A stretch of DNA of 64,000 nucleotides. It comes from Balanoglossus misakiensis (taxonomy: Eukaryota; Animalia; Hemichordata). Position 1 is the stretch's first letter, and every line of letters starts with the position of its first letter. A program made the translations under genes and the position numbers. Below the pieces are notes generated by a model that saw nothing but the letters and a program-made list of their open reading frames with translations, searched no databases and was not told where the DNA came from. Positions 48,501 through 60,606 of the stretch are shown here, one piece after another. Location of the stretch: positions 6,164,137 to 6,228,136 of the forward strand of contig CM082595.2 of the NCBI GenBank assembly GCA_040954595.2, written 5' to 3'.

Positions 48501-51500
48501 TGTGGCATCTCTAACATCCAGGAAGACATCAGCAAACTCGACCGGCTGAAGAAGCTCAATTTGAGGGACAACAACATCAGTGAAGTGCCAGCCAGCCTGT
48601 TCTCCCTTAGCCAACTAAACGACCTGGATATATCAAAGAATGAGATTTCAGACATCCGGGGTATTAGTGACCTGGAGCGACTTCAAGAACTGCACTGCGC
48701 TGAAAACCTAATGACACAATTGCCAGAGGAATTCTGCAGTCTGCACCATCTCACTAAGGCAAACCTGCACAGAAATCATCTGTACAGCCTTCCTGAGAAC
48801 ATAGACGGCTTACAAGCATTGCAGGTCTTGGATGTGTCCCACAATTACCTGGACCGGATTCCTGAAAGCATTGGTATGTATAAAAGATCATTTCCCTTTC
48901 CCTCGTGAAGTTTGGAGAATGCTCTGTTAGGATCATACTCAACTATATGCTGAAAATTCGATAGGTCCAATGTCATATTTCCATGGCAAGTTGCAAATAG
49001 ATAAAACACAGATCACTACGATTTCAAATAAGGGACTTTTTCTCAGAGATTGCATAAAATACATTATCTTACCGTACATACAGCTATAAAACTTGTGTTA
49101 TTAGACCCAGAAGTGCTGTTTTTGAATTGTGCATGAAAAGACTATGCAAACGATGGTATCTTAGCGAAGTAGTAACGTTAATGTTGATTGGGTAAAATTC
49201 CTGTTCCACATTGTATAACACTGACATACTTGAATGATTATTGTCCTTTTTAAAACTGTTTCTACAACAGGAGGACTTCCAATGTTGAAGGAGCTAATAC
49301 TCTCAGAGAACGAAGGCATTCAAAAGTTACCAGATGAGATGAAGAAGTTGAGTTCCCTGCAGGTTCTAGACGTCAGCCAAAACCAGCTGAGATCAATACC
49401 CCCGGTTACGACTGAGCTCACGAGTTTGGAAACGTTAAATATGAAAGACAACAAACTCCAAGTAATTCCAACCGACATAACAGCATTGTCTAATCTGAAA
49501 GAACTGGATATAAGTTCGAACTATCTCGACCAAGAGGCCCTGGGGGAGCTTGAGCAGTTGAGCCAGTTAGAGAAGTTGGACATTAGCAACAACAAAGTTC
49601 GAGTTCTGCCGCCGAAGTTTACTCTCAATCTGAAGAACCTTGGCGAACTAAATCTGTTGGGTAACCCTATGATTAAGCCAAGTACTAAGGTGTGCAGAGG
49701 GGGTGTCGAAGTCGTACGAAGCCACCAGCGAGACGAATTGGTCGTGAAGACTAGCAATGATATAAAAGGTAAAGCATGACCAAATATCTGTTCTAGTGCA
49801 ATAAAGATTATAATAGTGTGATAACGTGCCTTCTTTATGTCTCTTTGTCTGTCACCAACTATCTATCATTTATTCTCATTCCAGAGGTTAATGTTGATGA
49901 TGCGACTCTATGCATTGTACCAGACAGACAGGTATGTCAATAGACTACTAATTTTTGTTTGCTCTCAGAGAAAAAGATAAGTAAGGGAAAAACTGCCTCA
50001 AATAAGCTTGGCAGATGACATGTAATCCATATTCTACTTGTATTGCAGTGGTACTTCTTGCCAGCTGACTTCTTTCTCGACACGTGTGAGCTGGAAGTCA
50101 CTGAAATGATCAAGCTAAATGTGACGTCACTGAAGGATCAAGACGAGAGGCCTGTTCTTGAAGAGTTTCATTACTTTGAATCTGACGTCATCGAGATATC
50201 TCCGCGGAAGTTCACGTTCAGCAGTGCTGTTGCACTTGGCCTGAAGTACGTTTCTAAAGATCCATCGAGGCAGCCTGTATTCATGACAAGTGTCGACGGG
50301 AAATATTGGACAGAGCTGGCTACGTCACCAGTAAGTACCACCATAGACAGTGGAGAGGGGTAGACCGTCTTCCCCCCTCTACTGTCTATGCTACCACACT
50401 GAGAGGTGCTTATTCTCTAAAGCCACAAATGATTTAAGTAGCAATAGTGTAAACAAATAACATTTCTTTTGGTCTTTTCAGCATCCAGACGGCGTGGCTT
50501 GCAAATTTACTAAAGCTGCTTTGTTCGTGGTGATCTCCAAGCCATACCGGAAGCCAATTGAGATCAAGGAAAGTGGCGGGAAATTTAACTTCGAAGGAAA
50601 TACAGTTGGACTGGACGTTCCCCCGGCCGCTGTTGATAAAACGGAAAATGCAACGATTGAGGTAAATATCTGTTTGTTTGACACACACAGTATTCATCAG
50701 TTCATCCGTCATATATTCAAGGCTTCAATCATTGGTTAGACTGCGAAACGTCCTGTGACGTTATCTATGAATGGCTGTTCACTGGATAACTTGGTATAGC
50801 GTGTCGGGGTCAGCAGGGTTGATAATTGTGTTAAAATTGGATGTGAAGGAAGACTGGCGGTAGCGAGTACCATAATTGAAACTACTTTATTGAAATCTTT
50901 GTATGGACTTACGTGTTGCAACACTAGGCAAATGGATACACATGACTATTGAATATTAATTAGTGCCTCATGAATATTAACAGACATATCACTATGCTAC
51001 ATCCTATACATGCACGAATGCATGATGACTCATCATTACCCTGTGTCTAGGTGCACAACCCTGACCCATCTATGGTAGCGGCAACGAGCAGCAAGAAACA
51101 GGTGAAGGAGGATGTGACCCTTGGGCCCATGCTCTTCGTCAGGGACGACAAGGGTGACAACATCGAGCTGAAGTTCAACAAGCCCGCCACCATCAAGCTA
51201 CAGATCCCTCCTCCGCTGGACGACGACGACGAGGACAACAACACAATCATCACTGATGACGAGATTCGGATACTTTCAAACGAGAAGAAGGAAAACTGGA
51301 AGGATATTACACTCCAAGTGTCTGGCACATTGGTATTTAAGGATGACTTCATCACCTTCCAGCTCGACAGTCTTTGCAAGTTAGTTATGTTTACTATTAT
51401 TAAAGTATCGAAATAATTAATGCATAGTAATACAAAGCAACAACAAACACAAAATGTATATTTGGGATGAGGGCAGACTAACAGACATGTGTCTTCCGGT

Positions 51501-52928
51501 GAGGCACGGAAGTGACGTGATCTCTGCCCTTGGTGAAATGAAGGCGGGACTGGAAAAGTCTCCATCTGATACTAGCATATAAACAGAGCAAGGGATGTAG
51601 GAAATTTTCAGCCACTTCTTAAAATCGGGGTAAATTCAATCGTTCACGAAATTATATTTATGTACTCTTATATCCATCCTTTCCCTTCTTTACTAATGCA
51701 ATCATATTTGTTGTGACTGTGCAGGTGTGGCTCGGTAAGAAAACTGAAGAGGCAGCGTCTTAATCTGTCCACTCTGATGCAGGAGAAAGAAGATGCATTG
51801 AAAGTGGGTAAACACACTGTGAAGTCAGTCATCTTGCAACACAAGCGTGATCCTTTCACTCTACTTGTTGACCTGACGGAGAAGGATAACCTGGAGAGCC
51901 TGCTGAGACGCCGCGAAGAAGAAGGCTTCAAGAGTTACTACGACAACGACATCACCTACAGCCACGACCTTGAACTGGTCAACGGGGAGGAAGTGTCGAT
52001 CAACATCGGCGAGGCCTCGCAGAAGTTCTTCTTCCTGATCACCAGGAAGACCACGGGTACCTTCTACGCGAACCGGGACAACCACTGGAAGGCGTGCGTG
52101 GATGTCATGCCGCAGGTCGCCTCTGGGGTTCAAAGCGAGCACGGGGTGAAGGGGTTGGTGGAATTCCAAAGGCTGGCTTCGGCGGAACTGTTGTCGGAGC
52201 TGCAGTTTCGCGTTCCTAAGGTAAGATCATGTCATCTGCATCTTACTGCTATTGTGTCATGTGTGGCAGAGAAGGACGAACAGAAAACCAAATAATGTTA
52301 CATTATCTTGCTGTTGTTTATCGCTTGCTTTTGTTTCCTGGTGCCAGGTACTGTTTGGATGGCTATCCTCTTCCACCGCCTTCTTATTTTATTTCTTTCA
52401 ATTACTTTCTTTAGAGTGCAGTAAGCCATCTAATCAGATACTTCTCAAAGAAAGATAGGGGTGAGTATTCGTGAATTAAGATTTGATATATACTACTAAG
52501 CTGCAAACGATGTGTCACCTATTCAAAAAAGACAAACCAACGCAAGGCAACATTTTGGTGACTGTCATAATGTCAACTGATTTTCATTTCCTTAAAACCG
52601 TCGACAGAAAAGGATTGTTCTGGCTAATCCAAAAGCCCTTTCTGGCTATTAACACTTTTTCCAATTTCTTTCAGGTCCGCATCGTAGGTTCAAACAGATT
52701 GCATCCGGGATCCCAGCCAAGCTGTGGAAGCAGTTAGCCCGAGATCTCGATCTCGACGAGAACGAGATTGCCGATATCGTGTATGAGCATCCTGCGAATG
52801 TCCGTGAGCAGGTCTACCAGATGCTTGTGCGGTGGCACAGAAAGTTTGGCGAAGAAGCAACTAACGAGCGACTCCTGTCAGCGTTAGAAGAAAATGAGCT
52901 GGCTCTTGTTGCTGAAAAGGTTAAATAA
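45597..52928 (+). CDS. PIDD-like LRR-ZU5-ZU5-UPA-death domain protein 2, about 1802 aa, 9 coding exons
   Basis: Exons 45597-48873, 49271-49768, 49885-49931, 50049-50330, 50482-50661, 51051-51379, 51725-52220, 52415-52460 and 52675-52928 join in frame (5409 nt) with the same phases as paralog 1. More than 50 LRRs. Motifs ESDVIEISPRKFTF and LDVPPAAV. Death domain LWKQLARDLDLDENEIADI...EQVYQMLVRW. Confidence 0.88.
50342..50390. mobile_element. 49-bp hairpin micro-MITE with CATAGACAG TIRs
   Basis: catagacagtggagagggg ... ccccctctactgtctatg, flanked by gtaccac / ctaccac (7 bp, one mismatch). Same TIR as 11258-11277. Confidence 0.7.
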
Positions 52929-54817
52929 TTCTGAAGACTGTGCTCGAACGTCTACCATGCAATAGTCGCCATTTTGAACCAACGAGGACGACGTATAAAT
53001 GTGCGAAGTTTATAAGTTTCAACCACACAGAAAAACAACTTTGATGAATAATTCTCAAGAGTGCAGTCCAACCTATAAGGTGCGTCAGCTCTTTAAACAA
53101 ATGGGTGGAGGGGGGAGGGGAATAAAACACTAAAGTTGCTCTGTAACTTAGAAACCAATGAATTTCTCAAGGTTTTAGATAAGTTATTTTTTATTCAATA
53201 ACACCTGAAAGAAATTCCACCTGGTGTAGGTAGTTTAAGGTATTTATTATCATGTTTATACGCCATATCAATAAGATTTATGATAGCGCCATCAACGAAA
53301 TCCGACATATAAAGTAATATTTCAAAAATCTGTGCTCAGAAGTATTTTTTAATCCCACAAACGATACAAAGTTGTCTTTCAATGGTGATTGCGCTAATAT
53401 CGAGGAATGACGATGACCGATTAGTTCACTATATATTTGCATATATAAGTTAACGAAAATGACACATGTATGTATTAGCAAGATTGCCACTGTACATGTT
53501 CGTCTGTGTTTATACGTATCGCGTGACCGGTTGCCATGGTGCATAAACTGCTGCCTTCTGCGTTCTGCTCAAACTTATTATGAGTTATTGTATTTGAGTA
53601 TCGTTGACAGACAGCAGACGTTATCTGATGTTTCGGGCACGACTTGCAGTCACAATGGGGTAAATTATGGCCACTTTGTCGAGTTGATCGATTGCGGTAT
53701 GTAGAGGTACTTGAGTACTTTGCTCTCGATATTTGAAGAGTTCATGTACACGCTTGTATCAAATGCAGTTTGTATTGGTGTGAAACGGTCGGGCCTGTTT
53801 GCCTCCGGATAACACAATTCCCTTGACAGTCCACTTCAGACAGATACGTGAACTTAACCTTGAGAATAACACTCCGTGTTTCCACCAAATTGTACTGCTG
53901 GTGGGTCATCGATTATCGTCGCAATGCGGAGAAATATTTGTCTCTAAAATATATGAATGTGTATTCTTATGTTATATGTACATGTACATTTATGTATGTG
54001 TGTATGTGTGTGAGGGGGGGTGGGTGTACATGCATGCATGTATGTATAAAGCGCGGTGATAGAGAGGTTTCTTTATATGTATATTTATGTATATTTAGAC
54101 AGATTCTGACCGAGATATGTCGTGCTGTAGGCATAGTACACGATTACTCTACAAATATCAACTGTCCAGTCTTCAGTCGTTAATCATCGTCGCAATGCGG
54201 TGAAAAAAATTGTCTCTAAAATAAATGCGTGTATGTATAAAGCGCGGTTTTCTTTATACCGTTTGATAAAGAACATCTTTTAACACCTTGTGAGAAAATG
54301 ACAATATTGCACCAGCTTTTTCTCAGAATTCTACATACATGTATAAGGTTGTGGAATATTATATGCATCTGGCTAATCCTCTAATTTAAGATAAGTTACT
54401 TCAACTGTATCTTTACACATGATTTAATAATGTGGGGCTTTGTGTACGGAGTGTCTATTCTACTCTAAGCTGAGCCTCCTTCTCTGGATTCTGCCGAAGT
54501 TGCCTACAAAGAAAATGAGAAAATGCCTTACACTTCTTGAGTATGGGAGATTTAATCCTCTTTTGTAAATGTTTTTAATTATGAAAGATTTCAAACCTCG
54601 TGTATTTAGCTAAGTACAATATATTGGACCAGTGTAAAATATTAAAATATATGATAAGAGAATATTTAAAAGGTGTATCTTTATGATACCTCTTACTCTT
54701 GGGGTGATTAAAGTTGTCTGACTTTAGGGAGAACATTATAGTTTTAAAATATGTATGTGTTGAAAACTTATAAAGTATACTGGTAAGAAGAAACCATTCG
54801 TCTGAAATCTTCTCTTC

Positions 54818-54818
54818 G

Positions 54819-54880
<62 letters not shown>

Positions 54881-54928
54881 GATGGTGTTGTTGTTGTTGT
54901 TGTTGTTGTTGTTGCTGGTGGTGGTGGC

Positions 54929-55002
<74 letters not shown>

Positions 55003-55066
55003 TGATGATGATGATGATGATGATGATGATAACACTGATGATGGTGATGATGGTGGTGGTGGTGGC
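54818..55066. repeat. Compound trinucleotide microsatellite (GTT)n(GAT)n(GAC)n(GGT)n in the GPCR 3' UTR region
   Basis: Visible directly. It begins about 30 bp after the GPCR stop codon on the minus strand. Confidence 0.95.
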
Positions 55067-55094
55067 GTTTATCCGTGCATTAATTTGTTCTGTT

Positions 55095-56156
55095 TCAGCG
55101 AACGGATTGATTGTTTGTTGACGCCGCTGTAGTTTCAAAAGTTTGTGGCTGAAAGAATTTAAAACGGAGTATTTTACTGTATGCTCGTCTGAAATCCTCC
55201 TTGTACGCGTAAAGTACAGGGTTTATCGCCGAATTAGTAAAAGCCAACCAATGAAACAGCTCTATATATATGAAAGGTACACAGTAACAGATTGAATTCA
55301 CAAGCAGTGTCAGTGTCAGGGGGACCCAAACTATGAGAAATATAACGGCGATTAGGAAAATCGTTTTGATCATTTTAATCTCGCCAGGTCTGAATGTCCG
55401 AAGTTGGCTGAACCGGCGCTGGGCCGCGTCAGTTTCCCGGGTATTTTCAGCCTGGCTCGCGGCGGCGGCGTCCGTCACCGGCCCGACCAATATTGGGTTT
55501 GTCCTGCGGACGTGCTGCTTCAGGACTTTCATCGTGTAGCAGTTGGTGTAGATCATCAGTAGCAGGGGTAGGAGGGCGACGACTATGGCGACGCCCATGA
55601 ACTGCGGCAGGACGGGGAAGCAGAGCGGGTGTATGATCACCAGTCCCCGCATTCGCACGTCTTCGATCGCGCGCGTCAGTGACGGAATGAACGCGAAGGC
55701 TACAGACATAGCCCACGTCGTCAGTATGCACGCCACGATGCGTTTGGGCGTCACCAGGGTGTAGTACGTCAAGGGGTACTTGATGAAGATGTATTTGTCC
55801 ACACACAACACCATAGCACTGAATGTGGACTCGGTCGCAAGCATTATCAAGGTGCCCTGGTAAAAACCACACAGGCCGCGGATGAACACCCATTTGTCAT
55901 TCAGGCGGTAAATAATAGTCAGCGGCAGGATCACGACGCCTAACATAAAGTCCGTTATCGCCAAATTAGCAATCGGCAGATTATTTTGCGATCTACGAAT
56001 TCTTGGGAAGAACGCGTAAGCGAACAGTACCAGTATGTTGTTGACGACCACGAGGATGTTGATCGCGCACTGCAACGATATCCATACTCGTAAAGTTGTG
56101 CTCGTCTGTTGGACTGCGTGCGACGAATTCTGCAGAATGGTGTCGTTCATCGTCAT
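55095..56156 (-). CDS. Intronless class A (rhodopsin-like) GPCR, 353 aa, orphan
   Basis: Seven hydrophobic segments. Motifs NLAITD, DKY (DRY variant) followed by I..PL.Y, FLIVWVP and NSAINPVLY. N-terminal N-glycosylation sequons. Confidence 0.92.
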   Translation of the reverse strand: MTMNDTILQNSSHAVQQTSTTLRVWISLQCAINILVVVNNILVLFAYAFFPRIRRSQNNLPIANLAITDFMLGVVILPLTIIYRLNDKWVFIRGLCGFYQGTLIMLATESTFSAMVLCVDKYIFIKYPLTYYTLVTPKRIVACILTTWAMSVAFAFIPSLTRAIEDVRMRGLVIIHPLCFPVLPQFMGVAIVVALLPLLLMIYTNCYTMKVLKQHVRRTNPILVGPVTDAAAASQAENTRETDAAQRRFSQLRTFRPGEIKMIKTIFLIAVIFLIVWVPLTLTLLVNSICYCVPFIYIELFHWLAFTNSAINPVLYAYKEDFRRAYSKILRFKFFQPQTFETTAASTNNQSVR

Positions 56157-57441
56157 GATCGTCAGGTAGATAATCTTTGGCAGATATCGGTGTATTGTCT
56201 TTGTGTTGCTTCTTCTACTGGCGATAGCCTCGTGAGCTTATTTCACAGAAACACGACTTGTCCCATCGGGGAAACTCAAACTGAGAAATTGGCCTAAAGG
56301 AGTCTCCACAGTAACACCTATATAAATGTACCTTGACTTCTGTAACAGTTCTCGGCGACCAGTCCTCGCGACGATAGGTTTATGCACAACCCTTCAGTTA
56401 CTTAAACTCAATAATTATCTTGTTTCTATCCGCATATACTCTCGCACGAGGTCGTTTGTTGTCTTCCAACAACTTTCTTTGCACAATTTTGGTGGAAACT
56501 GTACGTATGCAACGGGTCTTTAGGTCTCCTGGCACGTCACCTGCAGTGTGTAAACGAGGGTGTCATCAATTTGCCGGCGGGACGAGCATTTGACAGAGCT
56601 GCCTGCAACCGCAGAGAGCAGAAATCGAATTATCACATCTCTCCAAGTTATGGCATAGATATAGATATCGTCAGGCGTCTCCCCAAGCTGATAAGAAAAC
56701 GACATGAATCGGAGCATTAATGTTTCAATAAGAAATAACACAATAGTATACGAGGCGTGGGATACTGAAACCCGTCGATCACAATAACGACTACTAAAAT
56801 TATTCTCTTTATCAAGTCGGCTATTTCCGCCACGAAACCAATTACATGTCATCTGTGACCCATTTAACGGCTCTTTGGAGATTCACAGTGCAACTTCTAA
56901 CTAATTCCACGAAATGTTAATCAGCTAATGGAATTAGGCGTTCACAAATGTATACTTCATGAGCAAATTCAATGTCTACACATTTTCTGTTGATGATATT
57001 ACCAGTACATGTATATCATGTTCGCTTAATTGATGTCCGTGTTAATCCAGTTTTATCATATATAAATTCACGCCTGCATTTCACTCTTATCTGCCGTTTT
57101 GCCTTCAATGCCAGTTGTATCAAACGCGTCTCTGATCAATGATGGACATCCCAAGAGGAAAGGCGATCAAAATGAATTAAAAGCGCATTAGCCTATCTTT
57201 AAATTGGTTATTTTCTCAGTGTTATATTCTGTGTATCAAATAATTTTTCTCATCCTACTCCCCCACGTCAGGCTGTCATACTTTGCTTGTGTCTACACAA
57301 CCTCTGGCCATTACTTGTTTTGCTCACATATCCATATTAATGTTGCTATGATTGTATATGTACACACATTTGGTGTGTCGATAAGATGAAAACTAGGTAT
57401 TTCGTCATGCTTCGGGGATTCGAACAAGAAACTGTAGTATA

Positions 57442-57650
57442 TTAAAGGTATACGGCCACCTCAAAATTTTATATGCCCATGTACAGTAATAAGCCTAGGG
57501 GCGTGTCTAAGTCTTCGAATGCCAATGTGGTGGCGCTCTTTTTGGACGTGTGTCACCCTCTGAAAATGTGCCACCGACCATGTTGTTCTTGTGTTTCAAT
57601 TGCCCATTGTAACAGTGGTTAAATTTGCATAGGTGACCGTGTACCTTTAA
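57442..57650. mobile_element. About 200-bp MITE with TTAA ends, Kolobok-like
   Basis: Inverted termini ttaaaggtatacggccacct ... aggtgaccgtgtacctttaa. Confidence 0.75.
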
Positions 57651-60606
57651 CACACAAAAAAATGGAGAGCAGACACGGGTGCACTGTTCGACTTACACGT
57701 CAACTACACGTGGTGTAAGAGTGTGTAAGAGATGACCTATCACGTAACACGCACTGCTTGTCAGCCAATCAGTGACGATTTGGACCGTGTATAGAGATTC
57801 CCATTGGTTGAGAGTGGTCACGTGCAATGCCTAGGCCCACCAGGTGCTTTCCCTGTCACGTTTGCAGTCAATTGACTTCCGTGGTGGAAAATGTCGTGTC
57901 GAGTAAAGAAGACAGGCCTATATTCATGGCCAAAAAACGCGTTCAGAAGTGGAACAGAACACCGTGTAGAGGATGACTGGGAGGACTGGTTGTTCTGGAA
58001 TTTTGGAGAACTTCTCGGGGGAAAATTTGCAGGACTGTGACGAAAGAAACTGCCGTTCCTTCTTGTGTGCTGAAGTCCGTTGTCCGTTCCACCAACCAAC
58101 AAGTAAGCATTCATTACCCTTTTATTTATCTGATTATGTGACGTGAATACAGATTAATATTCCCCAGAACAAGATTGTATCTCTGAATATTAATAACAGA
58201 TGTGAAACCTTTAGTGAACTCCATTCACTAGAGACGCGTAATTTTGTATTGGAAAATTGAAAGTGTAACTGGTTAATACAGCCGGCACTGTTTTCAAGTA
58301 AGCTAGGGCGTACATAGGCGTTAGAATGGTCTGCTGGTCACCGTAGCGCAACAAGTCAAATGCCCTTAAGGACGACAAGAAGATGGCCTTGGCATTCATT
58401 ACATATATATCAATGTTGTTAGTTTTGAAATTTTCAATACGTTTGTCAATAGTGGGGATAACAAATATATAGTGTATCCCGTGAATTACAAGGGAATTTT
58501 CGCCGGAGTTCTGCGATTTTAATGGCGTAACATTTTGAACCTCTAAGATTAGACATTTCCAAATGCCCAATGTTATGAAAAAAACTGTGTTATATCATTT
58601 GTAGGTGTAACAGACAGTCATTTTTGTAAAAGCAAGCTTCCGATGTGACTTCATTTGCCCGACATGGGACGTTCAAATGATAAACGTATGACTGTAGGGA
58701 AGATGAACACTAACGGAGTGAGAGTGAGTGAAAGAGAGAGTGCTCTCTCCTTGAAAAAGAGGGGGAGGTGATAGAGAGGGGGAGAGAGAGGGAGAGTGAG
58801 ACAACCAAAAGGAAAGCTAGCGATAGAGAAATCGACTTTTAGCGTTTGACTGTCAGCAATACTTATAGACCGCATACTTATAGACCATTATAATGAAATT
58901 AATACAGTCACTAAGAGACAAATTCATACTTACATGTTTAACCATTCCCATCGTTGTTGATTATATCTATCACTAAGGACCCCTCAACTACGTCTAATTG
59001 AACCACCACGCGAGCCGTTTTGCCATTCAAGGGGTTCTACAAACCAGGTGCAACCATGATATCGCTGTGTTTCATGTTAAACTTAGCCTGTCGAATTAAG
59101 TGCATGTGTTGTTACCGTCTGCAGCACTCATCACCTCAAAAAACCGTGTACTACAGGCAACGGCGGATTTATCGATCAATCGCCCATGAGATTATACAAA
59201 AAAATTCCGCTCTCGATAACGTTCGTTTGGCGCCAAAGCGCTAGTCTGCCGATCTGAAACTAGATGCATCATGATGATACGATTTACGATTATTGTTCAG
59301 TTTGTCTCTGTTCTTGGCGATATCAAATAATCAAGTTGGAAACTTAGGTCTAGAAGACAGCCCTGGGAACGAGGAATACTACTGTTGCCCATAACCACTG
59401 GCAGTATGCTAATTTATATTAGTTATTGTGAATGAGTAATTTGGTCACTTGCATAGTGTAGTATCTGTAGTAAAATACTTACTTTGTTCTTATCCTGTGA
59501 AGCTAGTGATTGAATGTTTTCCGAGCATTCAACGCAGTACCTTGTTGTTTTCAGGGGATAGAGACAGAGCCCTCAAACCTCTCGCGACATATCGCCTACT
59601 GCGCCACACTTGCCTGTAGGTCGACAAAACTCACACCAGAAAATTGGCCGGGATGGCATGCTAAATTGTTAGTGCACGTGGGTGGGTATGATGCCCGAGG
59701 AAAAGATATCTATTCAAATGCCGTGCATTCTCGGCATGTTGGTTATGAGGTCAGATTCCTAGTAATTTCGAAATAATTGTTGAGCGCAGTTCTCCTGGGA
59801 TGGTTACTGATGAGTTTATAGGACGCCCTCAGGTTAATGCCCGATTGTCTCCGCTTTATCTTCTATCTTTTATCTTTTAAGAGATGAAGTGTCAGCTTAT
59901 TGGACAGGTGTCATGATTTAATAACAATCTAAAGCGGGTATGTGTGCCGAGATGACAATAGAGGTCTTGATTTGGACCGTGAGCTTCCCCGATTGCCATC
60001 GGTCTTCATAAAAAAATAACACATTTTTCCATGATCGAATTTCGCACCTTACACATAGCTACTGTACTAAGTAGGTTCACGCAGACAATAGGACGGCGTC
60101 CCATCATTTGAACCTCGTTTGTGTGGGTAATTTCTGGTTTGTCACAAGGGGCTAGGATTCATATAAACGGTGTTAGTGTGTCCAAAATTAAAAGTGTTCA
60201 AAAATGAATTTATGAAGATTTATTGGATATCATGTTTTTCTTAGAAAAGCATAGGTGTTATTTTTACCGGTCATTCAGACAATTGTGGCAGATTAGCAAG
60301 GAAGGCATGCGACAGGTTTATTCGAAGAATGTTGATGAAAATATCGATAAGTGTGACAATTTTCCTCAGCCATATTTGAGTGCGACACTCGTTTACTATT
60401 CATCTCGTTCATACTTGCATATGCAGTCCAAATCAGTGAACAGTTACATGCAGATGTGTACACATCTCTCAGTCAGTACACTACTATCTAAACCCTCTGA
60501 ATCGAAAGTGGGACAATTTTAGCTGATGCTCCATGGCAGAGAAGAGATGAAAGAGTGTACTTCGGATTTCTTCTTTCCCAGTTTTTCTCAACATTCTAAT
60601 GTTACG

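Noticed and set aside
47057-48655. Minus-strand ORFs of 256 aa and 173 aa
   Set aside because: They are antisense shadows of the LRR exon.
26542-52928. LRR genes as ROCO/LRRK/MFHAS1, NLR or TLR, or as the true PIDD1 ortholog
   Set aside because: No Roc GTPase or NACHT P-loop, transmembrane segment or TIR domain follows the LRRs. The architecture is PIDD-like, but repeat number and missing HFS motifs argue against assigning the symbol.
54575-55138. Poly-I/N/S/T/L/M ORFs
   Set aside because: They are translations of a compound trinucleotide microsatellite.
56300-60500. Short ORFs between the GPCR and the sulfotransferase
   Set aside because: No motifs or coherent exon chain. Probably GPCR 5' UTR, intron and intergenic DNA.
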